Source: Nitrospirota bacterium (GTDB lineage: Bacteria > Nitrospirota > UBA9217). From it: a DNA stretch of 64,000 nt. Shown here piece after piece: positions 1 through 9,325 of the stretch. The notes below the pieces were generated by a model. The model did no database searches. It saw nothing but the letters and a program-made list of their open reading frames with translations, and was not told the DNA's origin. The stretch lies in assembly GCA_963796285.1 (NCBI GenBank), contig CAWCKW010000012.1, forward strand, positions 1,728,001-1,792,000, given 5' to 3'. Positions within the stretch are counted from its first letter, which is position 1; each line of letters opens with the position of its first letter. Both the position numbers and the translations under genes were made by a program.

Positions 1-24
1 TCAGCCTGATCACGGTCTTCCGGT

Positions 25-1399
25 CTAGAACAGCCTCTCCATCGCCTCGTCCACGGTCCGCACACCCATGAGCTCCATCTTTTTGATGGCCGGGGTCTTC
101 TCGAGCTTCTCGACGTTCAGCGCCGGAAGCACGCAGCGCGTGAAGCCGAGTTTCGCCGCGTCCTTGAGACGCGATTCGGCCTGGCTGATGGCGCGCACCT
201 CTCCGGCAAGGCCCACCTCGCCCATGACCACGGTCCGGGCGTTGATCGGCTTCTCGCGGAAGCTCGACGCCACGGCAGCGATCACGCCGAGGTCAATGGC
301 AGGCTCGTCGATCTTGAGCCCGCCCACGATGTTCACGAACACGTCCATGCCCATGAGGTGCATACCCACCCGCTTTTCAAGCACGGCGAGCAGCAGCGAC
401 ACGCGGTTAAAATCCACGCCGATGCAGGTCCTGCGGGGCATGGTGAGCTTTGACGGCGCGACCAGCGCCTGCAGTTCGGCCAGGATCGGCCGCGTGCCTT
501 CGAGCGACGAGACGACCACCGAGCCGGTCGCGTCGGCCGGCCGCTCGGCAAGGAATATCTCCGACGGATTGGACACCTCGGCCAGGCCGCTCTCCTTCAT
601 CTCGAACACGCCGATCTCGTTCGTGGAGCCGAAGCGGTTCTTGACCGCGCGCAGGATGCGGAAGGAGTGCCCTTTGTCGCCTTCGAAATACAGCACCGTG
701 TCGACGATATGCTCCAGCACGCGCGGCCCGGCGATGGCGCCGTCCTTGGTCACGTGGCCGATGAGGAACGTCGGCATGCCCGTGCGCTTGGCATGGATCA
801 TGAGCCTGCCCGAGACCTCGCGCACCTGGCCCACGCTGCCCGGCGCGGACGGCAGCTCCGAGGTGAACATGGTCTGGATGGAATCGATGACCAGGACCTG
901 GGGTTCGAGCCCGTCAGCCGCATGGATGATCTCCTCGAGCTGCGTCTCGGCCAGCACATAGAGGTTCTCGGTCTTGACGCCGAGCCGCTGGGCGCGCATC
1001 TTGATCTGCGACGGAGATTCCTCGCCCGAAACGTACAGCGCCTTGCCCCTGAGCTCCGACACCTGCCTCAGCATCTGGAGCACGAGCGTGGACTTGCCGA
1101 TGCCCGGGTCCCCGCCGATCAGCACCACGGAGCCGGATACGATCCCGCCGCCGAGCACCCGGTCGAGCTCGCCGATCTTCGTGACAAAACGGTCTTCGTC
1201 CCTGGCCTGGATCTCGCCCAGGAGGACCGGCTCCGATCCGCCGTGAGCGCTTCGCGCTCCCGATGTCCTTGGGCTTCTCCATCCGCTCCTCGACCATGGT
1301 GTTCCATGCGCCGCAGTCGGGGCACTTGCCCATCCACCGGGGAGACTGGGAGCCGCAGGACTGGCAAACATAGACGGTCTTGGTTTTTGCAGGCTTCAT
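25..1399 (-). CDS. radA: DNA repair protein RadA/Sms (one apparent frameshift near 1250)
   Basis: N-terminal C4 zinc finger ([16 protein letters not shown]) in the 914..1534 frame. Walker [15 protein letters not shown] motif and Lon-like C-terminus in the 25..1371 frame. Confidence 0.95.
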
Positions 1400-1620
1400 A
1401 ATAAATCCCTCGATATGCGTTACGACTTTTCCGCCGCTCCCAAACACAGGAGTGGGGGCTCCAGTGTGTTCCACGATCACAGTCTGATAACAAATAACAT
1501 CTGGACTTAGGCTGATAACACGCCGCACTGACAAGCTAAGGATATATTTTCACGATAGTATATTCCCCTTGAAAAGGCAAGTTGAAAAGGCTGTTCTGCG
1601 CGCCGGCTTTCAGCAAGCGC

Positions 1621-2097
1621 TCACCCGCGCTTGCGCTCGTACCGGACCACGGCATAGGGAAGGATGTCCTCGAATGTTTGCCGCTCTACTTCCACGAAAT
1701 CGTCGGGGATCTCGGGAAAGAAGGTATCGCCGTCAAATTCCTCGTCGATGATCGTAAGATAGATCCTGTCCGCAAGCGGTATGGCCTCGCGGAAGACCGA
1801 CTCTCCGCCGCAGATAAACACTTCGCTTGCGCCTTCACCGGCCGCGATCGCCGCCTGCAGATCACGAACGACGACGCATCCTTCAGGCGCAAATTCCTGC
1901 TGACACGAGATGATGATGTTCTGCCTTCCCGGAAGCGGATGCCCGATGCTCTCGAAGGTCTTCCGGCCCATGATGACGGGATGCCCCATCGTACGCTCTT
2001 TGAACTGCTGGAGTTCCGATGGAATGTCCCAGGGCATTTCATTCCCCCGGCCGATCACCCTGTTTTCCGCCATAGCTGCAATAATTGAAATAACCAT
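1621..2097 (-). CDS. folA: Dihydrofolate reductase
   Basis: IIAAMAENRVIG, MPW, VIMGRKTFESIG, LPGRQNII and GDTFFP motifs. Confidence 0.95.
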   Translation of the reverse strand: MVISIIAAMAENRVIGRGNEMPWDIPSELQQFKERTMGHPVIMGRKTFESIGHPLPGRQNIIISCQQEFAPEGCVVVRDLQAAIAAGEGASEVFICGGESVFREAIPLADRIYLTIIDEEFDGDTFFPEIPDDFVEVERQTFEDILPYAVVRYERKRG

Positions 2098-2761
2098 ATG
2101 AGTGCCGTTTCTGCATCCTCCTTAAAACTCTGTTGTCCTGGTCTCATTACACCATAGTTTGAGCGATTCTTCAACTCAATAATTACATTTATTCTTTTGT
2201 ATTTCGTCGACTCAAATCTTTTCAGCACAAGAATCGCGATGAATAAATCCTTTGACCCGGCGTTTCGCAGATCATTGAGATTTAAAGACGGTTAAGAAGC
2301 AAGCGATCGTGATATTGTTGGCACCAGAATTTTTTCGATTTCCTGACTGAATGTCCCGGGCAGCGTTAATAGAGGCCCCGGGTAAATGAGGAAAAACACC
2401 ATCAGCCCTTCGCTTCATTCATTTCCGGAAGATCGATCCTTCGCACCCGGTTATTTCAACAAAGATTGATGTCTTTCGGCTCGTGAATTCCACTGTATAT
2501 CCCTGGCAGATCATCATTGATCAGCTAAATATCTCAACACGTCATTCGCTCATGATGTCTTCAGGAAAATAAATACTCCATTTTACCCCAGATGGTGTAT
2601 CATGGTCCCCGGCGATCTCCGGCGGGATCTGACATCACATCCGCAAGCCTTATCAGACAAGGGCTGGTCCTTTGGTCGCAGATATCGAATTACAGATAAT
2701 TGACTCTCTCCTCAAATTATGGTATTAAGAACGGGATATTCACTTCCCGAGGTCAATTAAG

Positions 2762-4129
2762 GTGAAAATGAAAATTGCACTACTCATTACAACATTAAGA
2801 TTCAAAATTGCCCTCTTTATCGTTATTCTCCTTCTTATTACGGCCTCTCTTTTTTCTCTTATTACTGTCCAGACGATGAACAGGCACATTTTAGATGAAG
2901 TCATAAAAAGAGCGGAATCATTATGCAAAAGTACAGCCGCCCTGGCGCCATACAGCATTCTCTCCAGCGATCTCCTTGGGATAGACAACATCGTCTCTAA
3001 ACTTAAGGAAGCGAATACTGATGTGGAATATGTGGCGGTCACGAATGCCGAAATGAAGATACTGGCCCACACCGACATTGCCAGGCGGGGGGAACTATTC
3101 ATCCCCTCTCCCCGCAACACGTTCAAAGATTCCCAGGATGGCACTCGTGTTTATGAAGTTCAGCTCGCGACCGGAACGTTGCTGGAAATTGTTTCTCCGA
3201 TTCTTTTTGACGGCAAACAGATAGGCAACGTCATCATCGGGATCAATCAATCTGTTTTGCTCCACGCACGAGCCGAAACCCGGAGAAAGATCCTGGCCGG
3301 GTTCGGTATTACCATGCTCCTGGGCATCGGGTGCATCATCGTTTTGTCTTCTGTCATAACGCGGCCGATCAAGGAGCTTGCCAGGGGAGTCGAAGAACTC
3401 AAGCAGGGAAGACAAGCCGAGCTCAGGATTTATTCGCATGATGAACTGGGAAAACTGACCACAAGTTTCAACCAGATGACCGAACTGACCACGAAACAAC
3501 AGGCGAGGCTCGGCGCCTATGCAACCGAGCTGGAAGAGGCTTATGTCTCCACCGTCAAGGTGCTCTCCGCGGCGATCGATGCCCGCGATCCGTATACGCT
3601 CGGCCATTCCACGCGGGTGGCTGCATTAACGCGCAACATCGGAGCGGCTATAGGGCTCTCCCACCAGGAGCTTGAAGACCTGGAGATCGCCAGCCTGTTC
3701 CACGACGTCGGGAAATTGAAGACGCCCGACAGCGTTCTGCTCAAGGACGGTCCGCTGGACCCGCAGGAACACCGCGAGATCTCGAACCACAGCGAGAGCG
3801 GCGCCGCGATCCTGAGCAGGGCGCGGTCTCTTCAAAAATATATACCAGCGGTCAGACACCACCATGAATGGTTCAGCGGTGAAGGATACCCCGACGGACT
3901 GAGGGGAGACGACATACCCCTGCATGCGGCCATCATCTCCGTTGCCGACGCCTTCGATGCGATGACGTCCGCCCGGCCTTACAAAGACGCGCTTTCCCAT
4001 GAAGAAGCGCTTCAGGAGTTGGCCCTCTTTGCGGGGAGGCAGTTCAATCCCCGCCTAGTCGAGGTGCTTCACCAGGTCATCGGATCCCCTTCCTTGGCCG
4101 CGGAAAATATTCCGTTCCAAAAAGGATGA
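2762..4129 (+). CDS. Membrane sensor with HAMP and HD-GYP cyclic-dinucleotide phosphodiesterase domains
   Basis: Two TM segments flank a periplasmic domain. HAMP (ITRPIKEL..DELGKL), HDVGK and HHHEWFSGEGYPDGL motifs. Confidence 0.9.
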   Translation: MKMKIALLITTLRFKIALFIVILLLITASLFSLITVQTMNRHILDEVIKRAESLCKSTAALAPYSILSSDLLGIDNIVSKLKEANTDVEYVAVTNAEMKILAHTDIARRGELFIPSPRNTFKDSQDGTRVYEVQLATGTLLEIVSPILFDGKQIGNVIIGINQSVLLHARAETRRKILAGFGITMLLGIGCIIVLSSVITRPIKELARGVEELKQGRQAELRIYSHDELGKLTTSFNQMTELTTKQQARLGAYATELEEAYVSTVKVLSAAIDARDPYTLGHSTRVAALTRNIGAAIGLSHQELEDLEIASLFHDVGKLKTPDSVLLKDGPLDPQEHREISNHSESGAAILSRARSLQKYIPAVRHHHEWFSGEGYPDGLRGDDIPLHAAIISVADAFDAMTSARPYKDALSHEEALQELALFAGRQFNPRLVEVLHQVIGSPSLAAENIPFQKG

Positions 4130-4132
4130 TCC

Positions 4133-4822
4133 ATGCGAGCCTTTAGCCCATTGGCCTTGACGATATTCTGCGCCTGTCTGATCGCGTTTGCACCATCGTG
4201 CTCGTTTAACCGGGCGTTAACAGAACCCGCCGGAACCGAAAAAAAGGCGGTCCATGATACGGCCGGACCGGCCAAGAAGGCTATCGATGATACGGCCCGA
4301 CAGCCCCAGAAGGCGGTCGATGATACGGCCAGACAGGCCCAGAAGACGATCGAGGATACAGCCAGACAGGCCCAGGCGGAAATTGCCGGCGGCGATTACA
4401 AAAGGGCGTTCGAACTCTACTCCAGCGCCTATGAAATAAATCATACTCCGGAAATGCGCGATAAATATACCGCAACCGGTGAACAGATCAGGAAGACCGC
4501 GGACCTGGCGTATCAGAGAAGGGATTTCGCGGAAGCCGGTACCATTTACAGCACACTGATCGAAAGCGGCATTACCAAGCGGGATTTTGCCGGTTCTCTG
4601 TCGTTCGACCAGGAGTACCTGAACGGGCAGATGCATGCATGTTCCAAGACGCTTTTGGAGGCGGGCATGACGGCCTATCGCGACGGCAAACTCGAGGACG
4701 CTATTTCCATCTGGAAGAAAGCCCAGGCATTCGACCACGATAACAAAGAGATCAAGGGCGCGATCGAGACCGCCACAACCCAGCTCCAGAACTTGAAGAC
4801 TATAAAAAAACAAATTCCTTGA
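4133..4822 (+). CDS. Exported TPR-like (lipo)protein with 11-aa tandem repeats
   Basis: Signal peptide with Cys, TPR-like helices (AISIWKKAQAFD), starts 3 bp after the HD-GYP gene. Confidence 0.7.
   Translation: MRAFSPLALTIFCACLIAFAPSCSFNRALTEPAGTEKKAVHDTAGPAKKAIDDTARQPQKAVDDTARQAQKTIEDTARQAQAEIAGGDYKRAFELYSSAYEINHTPEMRDKYTATGEQIRKTADLAYQRRDFAEAGTIYSTLIESGITKRDFAGSLSFDQEYLNGQMHACSKTLLEAGMTAYRDGKLEDAISIWKKAQAFDHDNKEIKGAIETATTQLQNLKTIKKQIP
4241..4372 (+). repeat. Four imperfect 33-bp coding tandem repeats
   Basis: KKAVHDTAGPA / KKAIDDTARQP / QKAVDDTARQA / QKTIEDTARQA. Confidence 0.85.
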
Positions 4823-4831
4823 TCCCGTAAT

Positions 4832-5537
4832 TCACGCTTTTCCGTCAAGATAGTTCCTTCTTTTCCCTTCGGGGAACCTCTCAATGGCATAGCGCAGCAT
4901 GGTACGCGGCATCTTTTTGTAATGCTGCTTCAAAAACCGCTCTTCCGCCCGCAGGTCGCGTTTGCCGATCTCGCGCAGCATCCATCCAACTGCCTTGTGG
5001 AGGAGATCGTGATCGTCCTCCAGCAGGATTTTCGAAATCCTGAGCGTATCATCAAAATCATTCTGCCTGATAAACGCAAATGTCGACAAGATCGCGATCC
5101 GTCGTTTCCACAGATCATTTGATTTCGCGAACGCATAAAGCGGTTTCCTGCTCTTGTCCAGAAGATAGGTCCCGAAGATGTTCGGCGCGGAGAGATCGAC
5201 GAGGTCCCAGTTGTTGATATACTGCGTGCTCTTGAGGTAAAGGCCATATATCCTCTTTTTCAGCGCCTCGTCACCTTTCGCAAACCGATCGACGAGCATC
5301 AGAAGAGCGAGCAACCGTTCTTCATGGTGCTGTGACGCAAGAATTTTTTTTATCTCCTCCAGAGGCGTGTCCTGAAATTCCTTTGCCACCCTCCGGATGT
5401 CCGGAACCACGACCCCCAGAAAAAGGTCCCCTTCCCCGTACTCCCCGGGTCCGGTCTTGAAAAAGCCCTGGAGGACGCCTGGCCTTTTCCTTGGTCGCGA
5501 ATTGTCGCAATCGTTTCTGGATTTTTGGTGCGATCAT
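4832..5537 (-). CDS. DNA alkylation repair protein, AlkD-like (frameshift near the 5' end)
   Basis: INNWDLVD, LWKRRIAI, HKAVGWMLREIGK and MPRTMLRYAIE motifs. The N-terminus lies in the 5322..5537 frame. Confidence 0.85.
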
Positions 5538-5783
5538 GGCAGGCTCCGTGAAGAGGTCAAGTTCTGATAATAATATATCAGATGAAGTTTCTGGTCGATA
5601 ATGACGAATTAGTAAAAAGATAAAATATCACACGAAGGCACAAAGGGCACAAAGAAAAACTATTTATTATGAAAAGGTGTCCCCTCTCCGTGCTTCGCGG
5701 CTCAGTGTGGCCCTCTTTTTGGCCATTGCGTGAGTCAATACTTTTATGACTTTGCCAATAATGGGGCCGCTTTTTCAAAAAAA

Positions 5784-5810
5784 ATACCCCGCAGCAAGCT
5801 GACGGGGTAT
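5784..5810. terminator. Palindromic hairpin downstream of the Ig-domain gene
   Basis: ATACCCCG-cagcaagctga-CGGGGTAT, with an A-run on its left that reads as a U-tract on the minus strand. Confidence 0.55.
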
Positions 5811-5848
5811 CTGTTTATTAGCTTCTCCCCCATGCAGGGGAGAACACA

Positions 5849-6796
5849 CTAATTTACCGTGATATCAAGGGTTCCTGCTACTGCCGTAATGGGGTCTGTT
5901 GCCGTTATGGTGGCCGTACCGGGGCTGACCCCGGTGACAAGACCTGTTGTGTCTACCGTTGCAATCGTGGTATCTGAAGAGCTCCAGATCATGGATGAAG
6001 TTATGACCGCTGTTGTCGCATCTCCATAGGTTCCTGTCGCAGTCAACTGCGCCTGAGTTGACCCGGTCGTAATGCTGGTATTATCCGCAGTCACCGCAAT
6101 GGATGAGAGGGCGGTATCGGTCACGGTGAGCACAGTTTCGGCGACGAGTTGCGGATCGCTGGGGACCCTAATTGCATCACCCTCAATAGCGGTTATGGTG
6201 ACGGGTATCCCGGTGACGGACCCTGCCGTGACGATGCCTGTTGCATCTACCGTTGCGATCGCGTCGTTAGATGAAGTCCAGGTCATATATGACGTCACGA
6301 TCTGCGTAGGCGAAACCCCGCTTGACAGTTGAGACAACGTTGCAGTGGCCGTAAACTGAAACGTGGTATTAACTGCCATGCTGGGACTGACCGGCGTTAC
6401 GTCAATGGCGCTTACCGTGCAGTCGGTGACTGTGGTGGAACCGGATACATTCGTGTGTGAATCGGTCTCCGTAGCGGTAATTGTGATTGTTCCGGTTACG
6501 GCGCCTGCGGTGGCTGAGGGTGCAGTGACGAGCCCCGTTGAATCTACCGTTGCGATCGCGTCGTTCGATGAGGTCCAGGTCAGAAAAGACTCTAAAAACG
6601 TGACCCCGTCCGACAACATCCCTGTTCCCGTGAGCTGGAGCGTTGTGCCAATGGCCATGCCGGTGTCGGCAGGGGTTATCGTGATCTCGCTTAAATGACT
6701 TTTCGTTCCACAGCTCATGAAACCTATGGCGCTCATTGCAAGCACCGCGACAGTAACAATACAAACGTGAAGAATCTTCGTGAACCTTTTTTTCAT
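5849..6796 (-). CDS. Lipoprotein with three bacterial Ig-like (Big_2) domains
   Basis: MKKRF... signal peptide ending in GFMSC. Three repeats of W-[TS]-SS-[ND]-x2-IATVD-x-TG-[LI]-VT. Thr/Ser rich. Confidence 0.85.
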   Translation of the reverse strand: MKKRFTKILHVCIVTVAVLAMSAIGFMSCGTKSHLSEITITPADTGMAIGTTLQLTGTGMLSDGVTFLESFLTWTSSNDAIATVDSTGLVTAPSATAGAVTGTITITATETDSHTNVSGSTTVTDCTVSAIDVTPVSPSMAVNTTFQFTATATLSQLSSGVSPTQIVTSYMTWTSSNDAIATVDATGIVTAGSVTGIPVTITAIEGDAIRVPSDPQLVAETVLTVTDTALSSIAVTADNTSITTGSTQAQLTATGTYGDATTAVITSSMIWSSSDTTIATVDTTGLVTGVSPGTATITATDPITAVAGTLDITVN

Positions 6797-7096
6797 GTTT
6801 TCTCTCATCCTTGCAGGTGGGGTCGCGATTATTTCGGGTGCTGTTGACACGGCACAAAGGATTTGGTTACACAACAGAAGTAACTGTCCCCCCAAACTCC
6901 CCTTTCAGGCAACTACCCGACGGTCACCCGTTTCTCGCGGATCAATATACCATAAATTGGCCCCTATATCCAGTATTTATCACCTCTATGGGCCGCCTGT
7001 TCGGGACCTGCGTCCCGGCAATGGGATACTGCAGTTGCGGAAACAATCCGGGCGCAGAAGTATGTCAATATTCTGCGCCCGGGTTGTTTCGTTATA

Positions 7097-7900
7097 TTAT
7101 TTTTTTAAGACCTCGGCAAAGAAGTTGGTCATGTCCTCCCATGACCTCTTATCAGCCTCGGCATTGTAGGCCAAGGGCAGATTGAACTTTTTACCCAATT
7201 CATCCGCCTCGGGGTTCGTGAAGCTGTGGACGGCACCGGGATAGTTGATAAACTGAAAATCGACCTTCGCATCGCGCATTTCCTGCATGAACGCATCGAT
7301 CGTCTCCTGTGACGTGAATTTGTCGCCTCGCCGTTATACACGCGGATCTTTGCCTTAACCTTTCCCGCCTGAGCAGGTTTAACTGCGGCGAGACTGCCGT
7401 GGAAGCTTGCCACTGCCTTGAGGTCTTCGCCCTGCCGCGCCATGTTCAGCACCACTCCGCCTCCGAAACAATAGCCGATCGCCGCGATCTGTTCCGGGTC
7501 CACGGTCTGCTGCTTTTTAAGAAAATCCATGGCCGCCTCGAACCGTTCCTTTGCAACAGGGAAGTTCTTCATGGTCTCGGACGAGAACTTAATCGCGTCA
7601 TCGGGATGCGTTGCGGTCTTCCCTTCGCCGTACATGTCCACTGCCAGGGCCGTGTAGCCCAGCTCCGCAAGCATCCGTGCGCGTTTTCGGGCATACTCGT
7701 TCAGTCCCCACCATTCATGTACCACAAGCACGCCCGGCCGCTTGCCTTTGATGTTCTCGTCATAGGCAAGGTAACCTTTCATGGTCACCCCGCCCGCCTT
7801 GTAGTCAACTGTTTCACCCTTGATCTTGGGGGCAGCGAGACCACGGCGGCAAACAGCAATACCATTGTCAGGACCAGAATCCTGCAATAACCTTTTTCAT
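7097..7900 (-). CDS. Dienelactone hydrolase family protein (frameshifted)
   Basis: VHEWWGLN, GYCFGG nucleophile motif, YPGAVHSFTNP and ADKRSW. Split over the 7129..7887 and 7097..7288 frames. Confidence 0.9.
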
Positions 7901-8065
7901 AGCAACCTCCTTTAAAAAGAATGTCCATGCATTACGCTGTCAGACATCAGTGAATAGATCGAGCTGAAGAACCGGTGCACTAGCGGAAAAGCTATTAAAG
8001 TACTATATTCTTTCTCCTCAGAACTTGATATCGTCGCTCGAATGTTTGCACAATGCCTTGTGACC

Positions 8066-8142
8066 CATCCCCCTCTCAATTCACCCTTGAAGGGGGAGAA
8101 GATGAATAGTTCCTCCCCTTCAAGGGAGGTCAGGTGGGGATG
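8066..8142. repeat. Double-hairpin intergenic palindromic element
   Basis: ccc..cccttgaaggggga...tcccccttcaaggg..ggtgggg; a related half element lies at 23027-23064. Confidence 0.6.
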
Positions 8143-8210
8143 GGTTCATTGGTTCGGCAGGATTGATAGGATCATTGTAGCAGAAAAAAATGACGTGTTG
8201 GCAGGTGAAT

Positions 8211-8684
8211 TTACCGGTTCCGTTCCTTTACGACCCGGTCCATTTCGCGTTTAGCTTCATTTGCCTTTATCGTGTCCCGCTTGTCAAAGGACTTCTTGCC
8301 CTTGGCAAGCCCGATCAGCACCTTGGCCCTGCCGCGAATGAAATAGATCTTAAGCGGGATGAGCGTGAATCCCTTCTGGGTCATCTTCCAGGTCAGCTTG
8401 CGGATCTCCGCCTTATGCAGCAGGAGCTTGCGCGTCCGGAGAGGCTCGTGGTTCGCTAGATTGCCATGAGTATAGAGGCTGATGTTCGCGTTCAGGAGGT
8501 ACATCTCCTCGTTCTTCACGATGGCGTAGCTGTCCGTCAGGTTCGCCAACCCTAGGCGCAGGGACTTCACCTCCGTGCCCTGCAGCGCGATTCCGGCCTC
8601 GACGGTCTCCTCGATGAAGTAGTCGTGGTATGCCTTGCGGTTCGTCGCGACCGCGCCGGTATCTGTTGTTTTCTTTTCCGCCAT
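8211..8684 (-). CDS. smpB: SsrA-binding protein SmpB
   Basis: NRKAYHDY, EAGIALQGTEVKSLR, RKLLLHK and GKKSFDKR motifs. Confidence 0.97.
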   Translation of the reverse strand: MAEKKTTDTGAVATNRKAYHDYFIEETVEAGIALQGTEVKSLRLGLANLTDSYAIVKNEEMYLLNANISLYTHGNLANHEPLRTRKLLLHKAEIRKLTWKMTQKGFTLIPLKIYFIRGRAKVLIGLAKGKKSFDKRDTIKANEAKREMDRVVKERNR

Positions 8685-8762
8685 GGGGTTCGTTCGTTGT
8701 TTACTTGAAACGATCAAGGGATGATACACGATACAGGACGCGCACGCAAGATGATTCAATGT

Positions 8763-9033
8763 TTACGCGGGGAACCGCTTAGCAGCGCGCGCCCGCGCCT
8801 TGGCGGCCTCTTCAGCACGGTTCCTCGGCGGGGCGTTCGTTGCAAGCGAGGTCAGAAGGTTTCTGGACGCCGCCGCGACCTCGTCAACAGCCGCAAGGAA
8901 TGCGGGTTCGTTGATCTGTTGACGGCTTGTTGAAACCGCTCACCTTTCGCACGAATTGCAATGCGGCCGCGCGAATCTCTTCGTCGGTTACCGGCGGTTC
9001 GAAGTTGAACAGGGTCTTGATGTTTCTACACAT
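8763..9033 (-). CDS. DUF2277 family small protein (one frameshift; absent from the ORF track)
   Basis: Manual translation gives MCRNIKTLFNFEPPVTDEEIRAAALQFVRKVSGFNKPS, then after a 1-nt shift INEPAFLAAVDEVAAASRNLLTSLATNAPPRNRAEEAAKARARAAKRFPA*. Confidence 0.85.
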
Positions 9034-9121
9034 GAGCGTAACCTCGCTGTTTCAGAGCCAACGTGGAGATGAGATGCGCGCCTTTTGCGTGTCGCTGTGG
9101 ATGCAGTTCACCGGCACGGAC

Positions 9122-9241
9122 TCAATTTGTTCGATCCCATGCATTGGCATCTAATTTGGAAAACCAATCACGAAAAGTAGAAAGTTCATCTTGTGTAAGT
9201 CCCCGGATTTCATTCTCCAGTACTTTAACTCTGTTTCCCAT
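9122..9241 (-). pseudogene. Truncated small antitoxin-like protein
   Basis: GGAGG RBS followed by MGNRVKVLENEIRGLTQDELSTFRDWFSKLDANAWDR. Resembles the 'FREWF..FDA..WDRQIE' small proteins that precede RelE/ParE-like toxins. Confidence 0.55.
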
Positions 9242-9325
9242 TGATATGTCCTCCACTGGAAATATTTTATCTTTTTTCAGAAGAAGAGGTCTACTTGTTT
9301 TTTAGCCAGGATGAGCGCCCCTCAT

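Noticed and set aside
2100-2760. Long intergenic region as a hidden gene or ncRNA
   Set aside because: I found no ORF with recognisable motifs and only one weak CCCGGG...CCCGGG inverted repeat. It may be a decayed gene, but I cannot support a call.
4241-4372. Tandem repeats here and at 47770-47885 as CRISPR arrays
   Set aside because: They are in-frame coding repeats with no unique spacers, and no cas genes are present.
6890-6945. Canonical c-di-GMP-I (GEMM) riboswitch upstream of the Ig gene
   Set aside because: Only fragments resemble it (CCGCGAG, GTTGCC). The GGCAAAC...GACGCAAAGC core is missing, so it is kept only as an unclassified leader.
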